Shown one piece after another: positions 17,919 to 27,614 of a DNA stretch of 64,000 nucleotides. The DNA is taken from the NCBI GenBank assembly GCA_030428565.1, contig JAUIDR010000007.1, forward strand, positions 18,504-82,503, read 5' to 3'. A program made the position numbers and the translations under genes. Position 1 is the first letter of the stretch. Every line of letters begins with the position of its first letter. Under the pieces are notes generated by a model. That model worked only from the letters and a program-made list of their open reading frames with translations, searched no databases and was not told the DNA's origin. This DNA is from Alphaproteobacteria bacterium. GTDB lineage: Bacteria; Pseudomonadota; Alphaproteobacteria; UBA7985; JAUIBT01.

Positions 17919-18086
17919 GGCGCAGAACCTTGGCGCCGCCAAAAGGTGGCAGCAGCGTTGCATCTTGCAATGCAAACACTACTTTTGATTGTTAAACGCA
18001 TCGTTTTTCGTCAGTCTTTGAGATCAAAGGAAAACGGGCCCCGGCAAAAGGTGGCTCGCAGTTCACCGCGCGCGGTGAGGGGGCGA

Positions 18087-20000
18087 ATGACGATGCAAGA
18101 CAAAATATCAATACTAAAGAAGTGCCTGCAAATTTGGCTGGCTGGAATAGCGACTTTCGTGGCAAGCGCCTCCGGTGCGCTGGCCGACGGCAGCGCCGCT
18201 TCGAAGTACACGGCCGCAACGGATGCTTACGCTGCGGCGGTGGCCACCCCGACGGGGCAAGTACCCGCAGACATCTGGGACTTGCTAGACGGCCAGGCCG
18301 GAGCCAAGGGGGCATTGGGTTATGCCCGCTCTGACCTCCCCACGATCCTGCCGCCAATTGCCAAGGCAGCCACAGCGGTCACATCGTCTGAACAGAGCGC
18401 TCTGCCACGCACTTACCAGGCCGCGACGCTCGACTTCGTCGCCCTTCTGAATGATCTGGAAGCTCGCCAGCCCCGGCGTACGCCTCAAGTATCGCCAACG
18501 CATTTCCCGGAATCGCGAGTTCCAGCGGCACAAATTCACCTGGTCTCGTTGAGCCCTAGCCCTGCGCCGACGCAACAGGGCGCAGCCCCCTTGCCGCCGT
18601 CAGGGTTGGCGCCGGCACTGGCAAGAGCCTTGGCGCGCGACGGGCTTGGGCTTAAGAAATCGCAGTTAGCGCCGGGCCAGCCAGGCCAAGCCCAGATCGC
18701 CGCCCTGTCAACCCGGCTGTCCCACAGGCACGAGCAGCTTCAAAGCTACCGCCAGCAGCTTACAGAGCTGGGTCAGGATGTGCTGGCAGCCAAAATCCGC
18801 GCAACTGCGCTTGAGGCCGATAAGAGAGCCTTGGCACAAGAGTTAGCGGCGAAGCAGAGGAAAATTGACTCGCAGCTTTTGCCCGACCTGCGCGCAGCGC
18901 GTGCTGGTCTGTTGAGCTTAAATGCGGAACACCGCGCCCTGGTCGCCTCTCACGACCAGGCGCGCGCAGCATTGAGCGCCGCAGAGCATCGCATCGCCAC
19001 CGAACTGGAGCCCCAAATCGCTGCCCTGAAAGAAAGAGAAGGGGCGGAGGTTAGCAGCCTTTTTGACCGCTTGGAGGCCCTGAGCCTGGAACGCGAAATT
19101 GCGATATTTCAGTCTCGGCAATCCGCGGTGGCCATGGAGGAGATGAGCAGCCAGCTTAATCGCGACCTCAAGCCCAAGGTGGTTGATTTAAGCCGACAGC
19201 TCGCCAGCCTGGGCTTGGAGCGGGATACGCTTCGCCAACAGGTTCAGTCGCTTACCCAGGCGATTTATGTCGAATACCGCCCGATGCTGACGGCCTTGGA
19301 GAGCAAAAATGTAGCCTTGCAAAACAGCAATACCAAGCTGGAGAACCAAATTACCCGCCTGGAACAAGAATTGCAGCGTCGCGCCCGGCAAGTGCGCGCC
19401 AAGCAAGGCCACGTCGATCCGGCGCGCTGCACAGCGCTGGTACAACGCCAGGCCGATCAGTTGGAGGCCATGACCAGCCTGCTAGCTCTGTTCCAGCTAG
19501 AGCAGTTGGCGCCCAAGGATTTACGCGTCGTAGACTCGCGTGACGCCTCGGCTTTCGATTTTGTTTTCAACGATTTAGCGGCTGGATGGTTGTTAGAACG
19601 GCGCATTGATTCTTTCGTGTCACCCGATCAGCAAAAGATGGCTCTGTTGGATAGCAAGAGCAAAAAGCGGCGTTGGTCGCCGCTGGGCAGCGACAATGTG
19701 CTGGCGCTGCAGCAAGCGAGCAATACCTGGCTCAAGAGCCGCGGGCTGACCCTTGCTAGAATTGGCTTGCCCGCCGCCAAGGGCTGTTCAGGGCGGCTCT
19801 GCTTGACGGGCGTCGTGGACAAACGTACGCGCATCCTAGCCTCCTATATTTTTGATCGTGATCCAGGTTTTTTCCCGGGCGGGGCATCCGCGCGCGCGGC
19901 CCAAAACCTAGACCAAGATCGTACACAACAGCCGCTCCTGGGGCTGAAACCAGGTGCGCTGACCGAAGGCCTCATGCGTGCCTGCCAAGGGCGCGGTTAA
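18087..20000 (+). CDS. secreted Pro-rich / long coiled-coil protein (hypothetical)
   Basis: The ATG at 18087 is preceded by gaggggg. Signal peptide ...LAGIATFVASASGALADG. A Pro-rich segment is followed by about 280 aa of heptad-like Q/L/E/R/A-rich sequence. I recognise no family. Confidence 0.55.
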   Translation: MTMQDKISILKKCLQIWLAGIATFVASASGALADGSAASKYTAATDAYAAAVATPTGQVPADIWDLLDGQAGAKGALGYARSDLPTILPPIAKAATAVTSSEQSALPRTYQAATLDFVALLNDLEARQPRRTPQVSPTHFPESRVPAAQIHLVSLSPSPAPTQQGAAPLPPSGLAPALARALARDGLGLKKSQLAPGQPGQAQIAALSTRLSHRHEQLQSYRQQLTELGQDVLAAKIRATALEADKRALAQELAAKQRKIDSQLLPDLRAARAGLLSLNAEHRALVASHDQARAALSAAEHRIATELEPQIAALKEREGAEVSSLFDRLEALSLEREIAIFQSRQSAVAMEEMSSQLNRDLKPKVVDLSRQLASLGLERDTLRQQVQSLTQAIYVEYRPMLTALESKNVALQNSNTKLENQITRLEQELQRRARQVRAKQGHVDPARCTALVQRQADQLEAMTSLLALFQLEQLAPKDLRVVDSRDASAFDFVFNDLAAGWLLERRIDSFVSPDQQKMALLDSKSKKRRWSPLGSDNVLALQQASNTWLKSRGLTLARIGLPAAKGCSGRLCLTGVVDKRTRILASYIFDRDPGFFPGGASARAAQNLDQDRTQQPLLGLKPGALTEGLMRACQGRG

Positions 20001-20725
20001 GGTTGCGAGAGCTTGGGGTATGCCAGCATGGCTTTGCGATGCTGCTCTAGGGCTGCGATGGCGGCCTTGGCATCACGATCCGATAGCGCTTGATAAAAGT
20101 CGTGGGCCGCTTGGATCATCAGCCGCGTTTCGGGCAGCACTCGACGTTTTTCTTGCTGGGCGACGCCGGTTAGGTAGCTCAAAGTATCGGCAATCGATCG
20201 ATCCACAAAGGCAAACAAGGGCGAGCCCACCGCTTCGCACCAAGCAGCGCGATAGTCTTGCACCGCTTGCATGACCTGGCCGCGCGGCGCGTCTATGTCC
20301 GCCATGACTGGTAGGGCGCGTCGCATGCGGGCCAACTGGCTGGAGTCAATGCTCTGAACCGCCTGGCGAACCGCCCAGCAGTCCAGGGTAAAGCGCATAT
20401 CAATCAACCGCTCCAAATTCTCGCCGTGGCTGGCGGCGTAGCGCGCCAGGGCTTCTCCGGCGAGTGGCAGATGATCGGCGACCCGGGTTCCGCCGCCTTG
20501 GACGGCTGAAATTAGGCCCTGGGTCTTGAGCCTTTGAATAGCGCCGCGCACCGATGTGCGGCTGACCCCCATGACTTCAGCCAGTTCGCGTTCAGCGGGC
20601 AGGCGCTTACCGACCGCAAACGCGCCTTCCTCAATGCAGCCTTGTATAACGCTGGCAATGCGCTCGCTCAGGCCGCCTTGGGTGGCGTCCTTTTCGAGGC
20701 GCGCTTTCAGGTCAAATCGAAGCAT
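19997..20725 (-). CDS. GntR family transcriptional regulator, FadR subfamily (FCD domain)
   Basis: wHTH LPAERELAEVMGVSRTSVRGAIQRL plus a helical C-domain. The start is ATG 20725 or TTG 20749. Confidence 0.8.
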   Translation of the reverse strand: MLRFDLKARLEKDATQGGLSERIASVIQGCIEEGAFAVGKRLPAERELAEVMGVSRTSVRGAIQRLKTQGLISAVQGGGTRVADHLPLAGEALARYAASHGENLERLIDMRFTLDCWAVRQAVQSIDSSQLARMRRALPVMADIDAPRGQVMQAVQDYRAAWCEAVGSPLFAFVDRSIADTLSYLTGVAQQEKRRVLPETRLMIQAAHDFYQALSDRDAKAAIAALEQHRKAMLAYPKLSQP

Positions 20726-20774
20726 GGGCGGGCCTGTACCCCCAATCAAGGTGTGAAAACGGACACAATGAGTT

Positions 20775-20785
20775 TGGTCCTACCA
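20775..20785. promoter_or_regulatory. candidate FadR/GntR-type operator TGGTCCTACCA
   Basis: Perfect TGGT-N3-ACCA palindrome, 26-50 nt upstream of the GntR start candidates. It matches the generic GT-N-AC core of GntR operators. Confidence 0.4.
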
Positions 20786-20853
20786 CTATAACAATATGAC
20801 ACGTTGATAGGACGCTGCAAGTTGGGCGTTTACCAGGCCTTTGCCTGCCAGGC

Positions 20854-22128
20854 TTAAGGGGCGTCCGTTAGGCTCTGCGCGTAGGCAAGGCAAGCGGCCT
20901 TGTCGGCATGAAACCCGCCTTGCAGCCACCAGGCTTCGGTCGCCTTTAAGCGTTGGCCAATCGCGGGGCCAGCTTTGAGCCCGGCTGCCAGCAGGTCTTT
21001 ACCTTGGAGAGGAAAACGCGGCGCGGCTAGGCTTTCAAGTTGGCGATAGCGGACCAACGACCAGTGGGGCGCATCCACCAACAGCAGGCTGTCCAGCGTT
21101 GCCCTGCGGCCATGGTAATAGAGCAAGTGTGCGTCATCCAACGACAGCTCGGCGGGTCGCAGGCACAGGCGTTGGCTATCGGCATTGGACAACCGCAAGC
21201 GCTTAGCGATCAGCGCCAGCTTTGTTTCTTCATCGCCTAGCAAGGCCCGCAACATCAACAATGGGATTGGTGCACTGTCAATCTCGACAAACCGCTCCAG
21301 CAGCAGCAGCGCGCGCGCCAGCCGCAGGGGCTCGGCCCAAAGGGCTGCCAAGATTTGGCGTTGGCAAATGATCGCCAAGACCGGCCCGCAGCTTGGCAAT
21401 GCCAACAGTTTGAACAGCTCGTCTTGCAAGCGTTCGCCCGAAAGCCGCTCAAGGCCGGGTGCCAACGTTTGACAGGTCGCCAAGGTCGCCTCATCCAGCG
21501 GCTGCCTCGCATACTTGGCGGCAAAGCGGAAATAGCGCAGCAAACGCAGATAGTCTTCGCGGATGCGTTGAGCCGGATCGCCGACAAAGCGCACCCGGCC
21601 TTGCTTTGCGTCGATCAGGCCGGTCTTGAGCGGATCATAGATGTGTCCATCACGCCCCAGGTAGAGCGCATTCATGGTCAGGTCACGGCGCTTAGCGTCG
21701 GCCAGCCACGAGCGCGAAAATTGTACCTTGGCGTGGCGTCCGTCGGTGTCGATATCTTCACGCAGGCTGGTAATTTCAACCGCGTGCCAGCCAGGCTTGC
21801 CGTCGGGTGTGGTCGGCCTATCGGGCAGCAAAGCGGTGATAGTGCCGTGCTCTATGCCGGTCGGCAGGGCGCGGATGCCAGCGGCTTCTAGGCGTGCCAG
21901 GGCCTCTTGCGGTGGATGCTGGCAGGCAATGTCGATGTCGCTGAATTTTATGTCCAGCAGGGAATCGCGCACACAGCCGCCGACAAAACGCGCCTGCTCG
22001 CTCCCCAATGCGTCGAACAAAGCCTCATAGCCGGGGCGCGCCATCCAAGGCCTTATGTGCCGGGTTTCCTTAGCCAGCCCCTTATGTTGCGGCGCTGGGG
22101 TGTCGTCGCGGCTCATGGCGCGGCTCAT
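20854..22128 (-). CDS. cca: CCA tRNA nucleotidyltransferase / poly(A) polymerase family
   Basis: FVGGCVRDSLLD....DIDIA, RRDLTMNAL. Conserved DUF1285-NUDIX-cca gene order. Confidence 0.8.
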   Translation of the reverse strand: MSRAMSRDDTPAPQHKGLAKETRHIRPWMARPGYEALFDALGSEQARFVGGCVRDSLLDIKFSDIDIACQHPPQEALARLEAAGIRALPTGIEHGTITALLPDRPTTPDGKPGWHAVEITSLREDIDTDGRHAKVQFSRSWLADAKRRDLTMNALYLGRDGHIYDPLKTGLIDAKQGRVRFVGDPAQRIREDYLRLLRYFRFAAKYARQPLDEATLATCQTLAPGLERLSGERLQDELFKLLALPSCGPVLAIICQRQILAALWAEPLRLARALLLLERFVEIDSAPIPLLMLRALLGDEETKLALIAKRLRLSNADSQRLCLRPAELSLDDAHLLYYHGRRATLDSLLLVDAPHWSLVRYRQLESLAAPRFPLQGKDLLAAGLKAGPAIGQRLKATEAWWLQGGFHADKAACLAYAQSLTDAP

Positions 22129-22853
22129 GGATTGAGCAAGCGCGATAAGTTGACGAGGATACCCGCCGTCGCGCCCCAGATATAGCGATTGTGGTAGGGG
22201 ATAGCCCAGAAGTAGCGCGGTTTGTCCTGCCAGTTGCGGGTCTGACGTTGGTGATTGCCGGGGTCCATCAGGAAGTTCAACGGCACCTCAAACACTTCGG
22301 CGACTTCGCTGGGGTCCGGGGAGACTTGGATCGGCGGCTTGATGAGCGCTACGAAGGGGCGGATCGCAAAGCCTGTGCGCGTGATATAGAGGGGCAATTC
22401 GCCAACGAGTTCAAAGGCTTCTGGTGGCAAGCCTACTTCTTCTTGGGTCTCGCGCAACGCGGTGTGGGCCAAATCAGGGTCAAAGGGCTCAGAGCGCCCA
22501 CCCGGAAAGGATATTTGCCCTGCGTGCTTGGTTAGATGGGTCGCGCGTTGTGTCAACAAGACCTGCGGTCCCGCGGCGTGCTCGATGATGGGAATCAAAA
22601 CCGCGGCGTCGCGATGTGGTGGCGCGGGCATGGTGCCCGGGTTCATGTGGTGGTCGCCCGTCATCAGATCTGGCCAGTGGCCCAGCGCGGTCTCGCCCTG
22701 CGGGGCTTGGAAGGCAGACATGCTGCCCTGCGATGCTGCTGATGCTTGGGCTGGCTCGGGCCATGTGGCGCTAGCCTTGCTGGCCCCCGATTTGAGAGCG
22801 CCAGATCTAAGAAAGCGGATGTAGTCAGGGGTCGCGTGCGGGGGCTGGCTCAT
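22125..22853 (-). CDS. NUDIX CoA pyrophosphatase
   Basis: AAVLIPI, LLTQRATHLTKHAGQISFPGG, ALRETQEEVGL (Nudix box). The start overlaps the upstream stop (ATGA). 4-bp overlap with cca. Confidence 0.75.
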   Translation of the reverse strand: MSQPPHATPDYIRFLRSGALKSGASKASATWPEPAQASAASQGSMSAFQAPQGETALGHWPDLMTGDHHMNPGTMPAPPHRDAAVLIPIIEHAAGPQVLLTQRATHLTKHAGQISFPGGRSEPFDPDLAHTALRETQEEVGLPPEAFELVGELPLYITRTGFAIRPFVALIKPPIQVSPDPSEVAEVFEVPLNFLMDPGNHQRQTRNWQDKPRYFWAIPYHNRYIWGATAGILVNLSRLLNP

Positions 22854-23368
22854 TCCAGCGCCCCCAAATCGAACCAACAGCCCTGCGAGAGCAGCCAAAG
22901 GTGGCCGTCACGCTCTTCGCCCAATTCGACAAGATCATAGAAAGCGCTGGCGGTCAGGCGCGCGTGCAACCCGCGTTCTAGGGTGACATAGGGGCGTGGC
23001 TCGCCGCTCGCTTCTTGCATCTCAACCACCAAGGCGTGATCGGGACCGAGGCTGAGACGGTCATCGATGTTGGTGGTCAGCACGATTGATTGCTCAGGGC
23101 TTCCCTGGGCGCTGACCGTAGTCAAGGTCGCGACAAAGGCGGCGTCTTCAACGTCGATCCGGCCCTTTTCTACCGGTGTGACGAGCCAGTGCTGTCCGTC
23201 GGGTCCACACCGCAGCACGCTGGCAAACAGCTTTACCAGCTCAGGGCGTTGAATGGGGCGGCCCTCGTGGAACCAGGTGCCGTCGCGCGCGATGCGCATG
23301 TCATAGTGGCCATGATCTTTGGCGATCTTGGGCCAGTCTTCCGGGGCCAAGCGGCGCTTGGTAGGCAT
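22850..23368 (-). CDS. DUF1285 domain-containing protein
   Basis: YDMRIARDGTWFHEGRPIQRPELVKLFASVLR...LVTPVEKGRIDVEDAAF matches the family as I recall it. Confidence 0.7.
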   Translation of the reverse strand: MPTKRRLAPEDWPKIAKDHGHYDMRIARDGTWFHEGRPIQRPELVKLFASVLRCGPDGQHWLVTPVEKGRIDVEDAAFVATLTTVSAQGSPEQSIVLTTNIDDRLSLGPDHALVVEMQEASGEPRPYVTLERGLHARLTASAFYDLVELGEERDGHLWLLSQGCWFDLGALE

Positions 23369-23428
23369 GGTCTAACCTTGGTTCAACAGTTGCAGGCAGC
23401 GGGTCGGGAGGCTGGAGCCGCCGTGTGG

Positions 23429-23959
23429 CTAGGCGACGGCACCTAGGACGGCCCCATCAGGCCACAACGACAGGGCGCCGCGCTTGAGTTCCATTAATAA
23501 GAAAGACTTTTTCGGGCCCAGGTCAACCGGCAGCGCGAACCTGGATTGCGCATTGGTGAAGGCGTAGCGGCGGTATACTTGCGGCGTGTCGGTCACCAAG
23601 AAGCAAAGGCCATAACCAAAGGCCGCTGCATCGCTGAGCCCGCGCTGGATCAAGATGGCGGCGTAGCCTTTGCCTTGATGTGCTTTGGCGATTGCAATGG
23701 GCCCCAAAAGGACCGCGGCCGGATCGCCGGCTTGGTCGTTGTTCTGGCCATTGACCTGCAAGGGCCAAAAGCGCAGCGTGCCTTGCACTTGACCCGTGGT
23801 ATCGACGCCGACATAGGCCAGACCGGGAATATGTCGGTCCGGCGCGCGCAGCGCATAGACCCCCCGGGCCTGGCGGTCTTGGCCAAAGCTTTCATCGAGC
23901 AGGCGCTCAATACGGGGGCCGTCTTGCGGCGATTCGGGGCGGACGACCAGCGGAGACAT
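23429..23959 (-). CDS. GNAT family N-acetyltransferase
   Basis: LGPIAIAKAHQGKGYAAILIQRGL acetyl-CoA binding motif (Q/RxxGxG/A). Confidence 0.75.
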   Translation of the reverse strand: MSPLVVRPESPQDGPRIERLLDESFGQDRQARGVYALRAPDRHIPGLAYVGVDTTGQVQGTLRFWPLQVNGQNNDQAGDPAAVLLGPIAIAKAHQGKGYAAILIQRGLSDAAAFGYGLCFLVTDTPQVYRRYAFTNAQSRFALPVDLGPKKSFLLMELKRGALSLWPDGAVLGAVA

Positions 23960-23984
23960 GCAGGCGAATACTTTGACAGGCGCG

Positions 23985-24599
23985 CTAGAAGGAAGAACCG
24001 GGCTGGCTCAAGAAAGTGCGCTCTTCTGCGCTCGATTCCCGCCCCAGCACCGCATTGCGATGCGGAAAGCGGCCAAAGCGTTCGACAATGACTTGATGAC
24101 GCAGCGCATAGTCGTAGGCGAGCGCCAAGCCTTCCGCTGCTTGCGGGTCTTGGGCGACTGCTTCTTCATGCAGGGCCTTGAATAAAGCCACTGATTGCGC
24201 TTGCAAATCGCGGTCTTCGGCGTGTTCGAATGGGAGGTAGATAAAGGTCCGTTGGCGCAGTGTTAGCTGCTTGTCAAAGCCCTGGGCGACAGCATGCCGA
24301 GCGACGGCCAGCGCTTTGGGATCGCTCGCAAAGGCGCGCGGATCATCGCGAAACATGTTGCGCGGCGCTTGGTCTAGCACGACGCACAGGGCCAGGCAGC
24401 CAATCGCGCTGTCTTGCCAGGCATCCAGCACGCCCGCTACGGCGCGTTCGTGCAGCTGGCCCAGCTTGTCCCGAACCAACTGGTCAAAGTTTGGATCTTT
24501 GACAAAGTGCTGTTTTGGTTCGGTCTCGTCGAACCAGAAGGTCACGACCTCATCGGCAGATTGTGCGGCCGGGGCAGGCGAAGTACTGGTAGGGGTCAT
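23985..24599 (-). CDS. DUF924 family protein
   Basis: VVTFWF, LALCVVLDQAPRNMFR, FIYLPFEHAED. Confidence 0.7.
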   Translation of the reverse strand: MTPTSTSPAPAAQSADEVVTFWFDETEPKQHFVKDPNFDQLVRDKLGQLHERAVAGVLDAWQDSAIGCLALCVVLDQAPRNMFRDDPRAFASDPKALAVARHAVAQGFDKQLTLRQRTFIYLPFEHAEDRDLQAQSVALFKALHEEAVAQDPQAAEGLALAYDYALRHQVIVERFGRFPHRNAVLGRESSAEERTFLSQPGSSF

Positions 24600-25057
24600 G
24601 GATCAAGGCCCACTTCATAAATCAGGGGTTCGTCGCCCGTGGTATAGCGATGCTCAAAAAAGTCGGTGATTTGCACGCCGTCTGCTCCGGGCAAAAAACG
24701 CACTTGGCGTTCAATGCGTTGTTTGGCGTAGGCTCGGCCGCTGAGTGACTTGACTTGCACGACATAGGGGAGGGTGACGTTTGACAATTGACCGCCGGCC
24801 GTCGCCCTTAGGGTAATGCGCACGACGTGGCGATTGTTTCCCGATTCGGGCGGGCACTGCACACCAATGTCATAGATTTGCGCTACGACCGTCACGCCTT
24901 GTTGCTGCCATGAGCGCACGCGCGCACCGGGGATGTAGTCCAATTTGGCGCAGCCCGTTTGCTGGCTCTGGCGATCGTCTACCTGGGCGCAGGCCGTCAT
25001 CAGCAAGGCGCTGGCGATCAGAAGGCAAAAAGCGATTAGGCGGTTGGTTTTCATCAT
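24596..25057 (-). CDS. hypothetical lipoprotein
   Basis: MMKTNRLIAFCLLIASALLMTAC lipobox (LMTAC). 4-bp overlap with the DUF924 gene. Confidence 0.55.
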   Translation of the reverse strand: MMKTNRLIAFCLLIASALLMTACAQVDDRQSQQTGCAKLDYIPGARVRSWQQQGVTVVAQIYDIGVQCPPESGNNRHVVRITLRATAGGQLSNVTLPYVVQVKSLSGRAYAKQRIERQVRFLPGADGVQITDFFEHRYTTGDEPLIYEVGLDP

Positions 25058-25266
25058 GGCGGTCTTATATCGCGTGCAAGGGGCAAGGAACAGGCCCCAA
25101 AAGGGGTTTTCCGCACTGCCTAGTTGGCCTATAGCAGGGCCAAAGGCCAAGGGCCAGCGATAGGCGCGAATTGCAAATGCCGGGCCTCCCCAGCGATTGC
25201 CTGTTTAACGAGACCTGGTCACTAAGAGGGCCAGCAAAAAAGGGCTACCACGAAAGGGCATCCAAG

Positions 25267-26361
25267 ATGAGCACCCGCTCTTATGACAGCGCAGAAGATA
25301 GCGCCGACAGCAGCGCCGCAGCCGCGCTCAAAGACCGCCCGGCCATCACCCTGGTCCTGGCCAATCCACGCGGTTTTTGCGCGGGCGTGGTGCGTGCCAT
25401 CGATATAGTCGAGCGCGCGCTCAGCAAGTACGGCGCGCCGGTCTATGTTCGTCACGAGATTGTGCACAATCGCTTTGTAGTGGACTCCTTGCGTGCCAAG
25501 GGCGCGGTATTCGTTGAGGAATTGGACGAAGTGCCGGGCGATGTGCCGGTGATCTTCTCGGCCCACGGTGTGCCGAAATCGGTGCCGCAAGAAGCCCAGC
25601 GCCGCGCCATGCACTATATCGACGCCACCTGTCCGCTGGTCTCGAAGGTGCATCGAGAGGCCGAGCGCTTCTTTGAGAAGGGCAAGACGATGATAATGAT
25701 CGGCCACGCGGGCCACCCCGAAGTCATCGGCACTATGGGCCAGCTTCCTGATGGCGCGGTCGTGCTGGTTGAAACGTTGGAAGATGTCGCGGGCCTGCCG
25801 TTCCAAAGCGGAAAGGATTTGGCTTTCGTGACCCAGACCACGCTTTCGGTCGATGATACGGCGCACATCGTTGAAGCGCTAAAGGCGCGCTACCCCGATA
25901 TTCAAGCGCCACGCGCTGAAGATATTTGCTATGCGACGACCAACCGCCAAGCGGCGATCAAGGACAGTGCGGCGGGCTGTGATTTCTACTTAGTGGTTGG
26001 CGCACCCAATTCGTCGAATTCGAACCGCTTGGTTGAGGTCGCGCGGCGCCACGGAGCCAAAGAGGCTTTGTTGGTGCAAAGGGCGCATGATCTGGATTGG
26101 CAGCGTATTGGCAGCCCCGCGCGCGTGGGTATCTCCGCCGGCGCTTCAGCGCCCGAAGCGCTGGTTAACGAGGTGATTGAGGCCTTCGAGCAGCGCTTTG
26201 CAGTGAGCATAGAACGCCCCATCACGCGCGAAGAAAACGTCCGCTTCAATATCCCGCTTGAATTGCGAGAGGTGGTTTCGTCCGATCAAGACTCGCCAGG
26301 CGTTGGAATTTCAGGCGTTGGAAATTCAGGCGTTGGAAATTCAGGCGGCGGGAATTCATAG
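25267..26361 (+). CDS. ispH: 4-hydroxy-3-methylbut-2-enyl diphosphate reductase, with a repeat-encoded C-terminal tail
   Basis: [47 protein letters not shown]. The tail [20 protein letters not shown] is encoded by a 15-bp tandem repeat. Confidence 0.9.
   Translation: MSTRSYDSAEDSADSSAAAALKDRPAITLVLANPRGFCAGVVRAIDIVERALSKYGAPVYVRHEIVHNRFVVDSLRAKGAVFVEELDEVPGDVPVIFSAHGVPKSVPQEAQRRAMHYIDATCPLVSKVHREAERFFEKGKTMIMIGHAGHPEVIGTMGQLPDGAVVLVETLEDVAGLPFQSGKDLAFVTQTTLSVDDTAHIVEALKARYPDIQAPRAEDICYATTNRQAAIKDSAAGCDFYLVVGAPNSSNSNRLVEVARRHGAKEALLVQRAHDLDWQRIGSPARVGISAGASAPEALVNEVIEAFEQRFAVSIERPITREENVRFNIPLELREVVSSDQDSPGVGISGVGNSGVGNSGGGNS
26297..26356. repeat. 15-bp tandem repeat x4 (caggcgttggaaatt) inside the 3' end of ispH
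   Basis: Direct reading. It is in frame (5 codons per unit) and ends 2 nt before the ispH stop. Confidence 0.9.
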
Positions 26362-26802
26362 GTGGCCGCGCGCGTTGAAATTTGGACCGATGGCGCTTGC
26401 TCGGGCAATCCTGGGCCAGGCGGTTGGGGGGCTGTCTTGCGCTATGGTGAAGCGGAAAAGGAATTGTCGGGCGGCGAGAACGAGACCACCAACAACCGCA
26501 TGGAGCTGTTGGCCGCTATCAACGCTTTGGAGGCGCTAACGAGGCCCTGTGTGGTGGACCTGACAACCGACAGTCAGTACGTGCGCAAAGGCATGACCGA
26601 GTGGCTGCGCGGTTGGAAGGCAAAAGGCTGGAAAACGGCGTCAAAGCAACCGGTCAAGAACAAGGACTTGTGGCAGCGCCTAGACGAACTGACCCAAAAG
26701 CACGAGGTGGCTTGGCACTGGGTCAAGGGCCACGCCGGACACCCCGAAAACGAACGCTGCGATGAGCTGGCACGCGGCGAGATCAGCAAGCTTCGCGGCT
26801 AG
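26362..26802 (+). CDS. rnhA: ribonuclease HI
   Basis: [54 protein letters not shown] start directly after the ispH stop. Confidence 0.9.
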   Translation: MAARVEIWTDGACSGNPGPGGWGAVLRYGEAEKELSGGENETTNNRMELLAAINALEALTRPCVVDLTTDSQYVRKGMTEWLRGWKAKGWKTASKQPVKNKDLWQRLDELTQKHEVAWHWVKGHAGHPENERCDELARGEISKLRG

Positions 26803-26844
26803 CGCGGATTGGTGGCAGTGTCGTGGGGTTTTTTGTTGTTGCGG

Positions 26845-27480
26845 TTATTGTGACTCCGCAGCGATAGGGCGCTGTTGGGTGCTGTAGTCAGGATTGAGAA
26901 TGCGTCGGATGCTCGCCCCGTCGAATCCCGGGACTTGCGCCAGGATTTGCGCCTCAAGATCTGCAAGCGAGCGATCACTTTTCGGCGTTGCGTCTAGGTA
27001 GGCCTTGGCTGCCAAAAGTACGGCCTCGGCGCCCTTGGGAAGGGCTGGGCGCGGCTGCTTGATCTGCAATTGCCAATTCTGATCGCCGCTCCAACCCTTG
27101 CCGTCCTTGGCAAAGGTTGCCTCGCCCAGGGCAGGAGCTGTCAGTAAGGCCTCCGAGTGGACAAGCACCACACGCACCGCATCCGCGCCCGAGGCGGCCT
27201 GTAGGCGCTTGGCTGCTTGGCGCATAAGACTGGCGTGGATGGCATCCAGGTCGCTGGCGATGGGATGGGCGGAGACGATCACAACCCGCAGGCGCTGACG
27301 CGAAGCCTTGCTTTGATCTTCGCGCGCGATTTCCTTGAACAAAACCGCGTCTGCGATTTCGCGTTCTTGTCTTAGATCTGGAAAAAGCAGTTGGGCACCA
27401 AAGAAAAGTCCTAAGACCAGCGCCAAGCTGCCCAGGACGTAGAGCGCGAAGCGCTTGAGCAGGATGCTAAGCCAGCGCAT
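26845..27480 (-). CDS. hypothetical membrane-anchored protein
   Basis: N-terminal TM segment FALYVLGSLALVLGLFFGAQLL. I recognise no family. Confidence 0.45.
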   Translation of the reverse strand: MRWLSILLKRFALYVLGSLALVLGLFFGAQLLFPDLRQEREIADAVLFKEIAREDQSKASRQRLRVVIVSAHPIASDLDAIHASLMRQAAKRLQAASGADAVRVVLVHSEALLTAPALGEATFAKDGKGWSGDQNWQLQIKQPRPALPKGAEAVLLAAKAYLDATPKSDRSLADLEAQILAQVPGFDGASIRRILNPDYSTQQRPIAAESQ

Positions 27481-27614
27481 CTGCGGTTATCGCCCAAATT
27501 CCCAGTACCATAACCCCTGAATTCTAGCGCTGATCGCAGTCTAGAACAAGCACGACCCACCTGGACAGGGGCGCGAGATCCAAGCCGACGGTCTGGCTGG
27601 CGCGCTCATGAGGC

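Noticed and set aside
17574-18086. 171-codon N-terminal extension of the 808-aa ORF, plus ORFs 17660-17995 and 17695-17988 and three minus-strand ORFs, all running through the 14-bp repeat
   Set aside because: A 14-bp unit shifts the frame at every copy, yet all six frames stay open, so the openness is a property of the repeat sequence. The 808-aa ORF also overlaps the end of the coxL-like gene. A good RBS, ATG and signal peptide occur at 18087.
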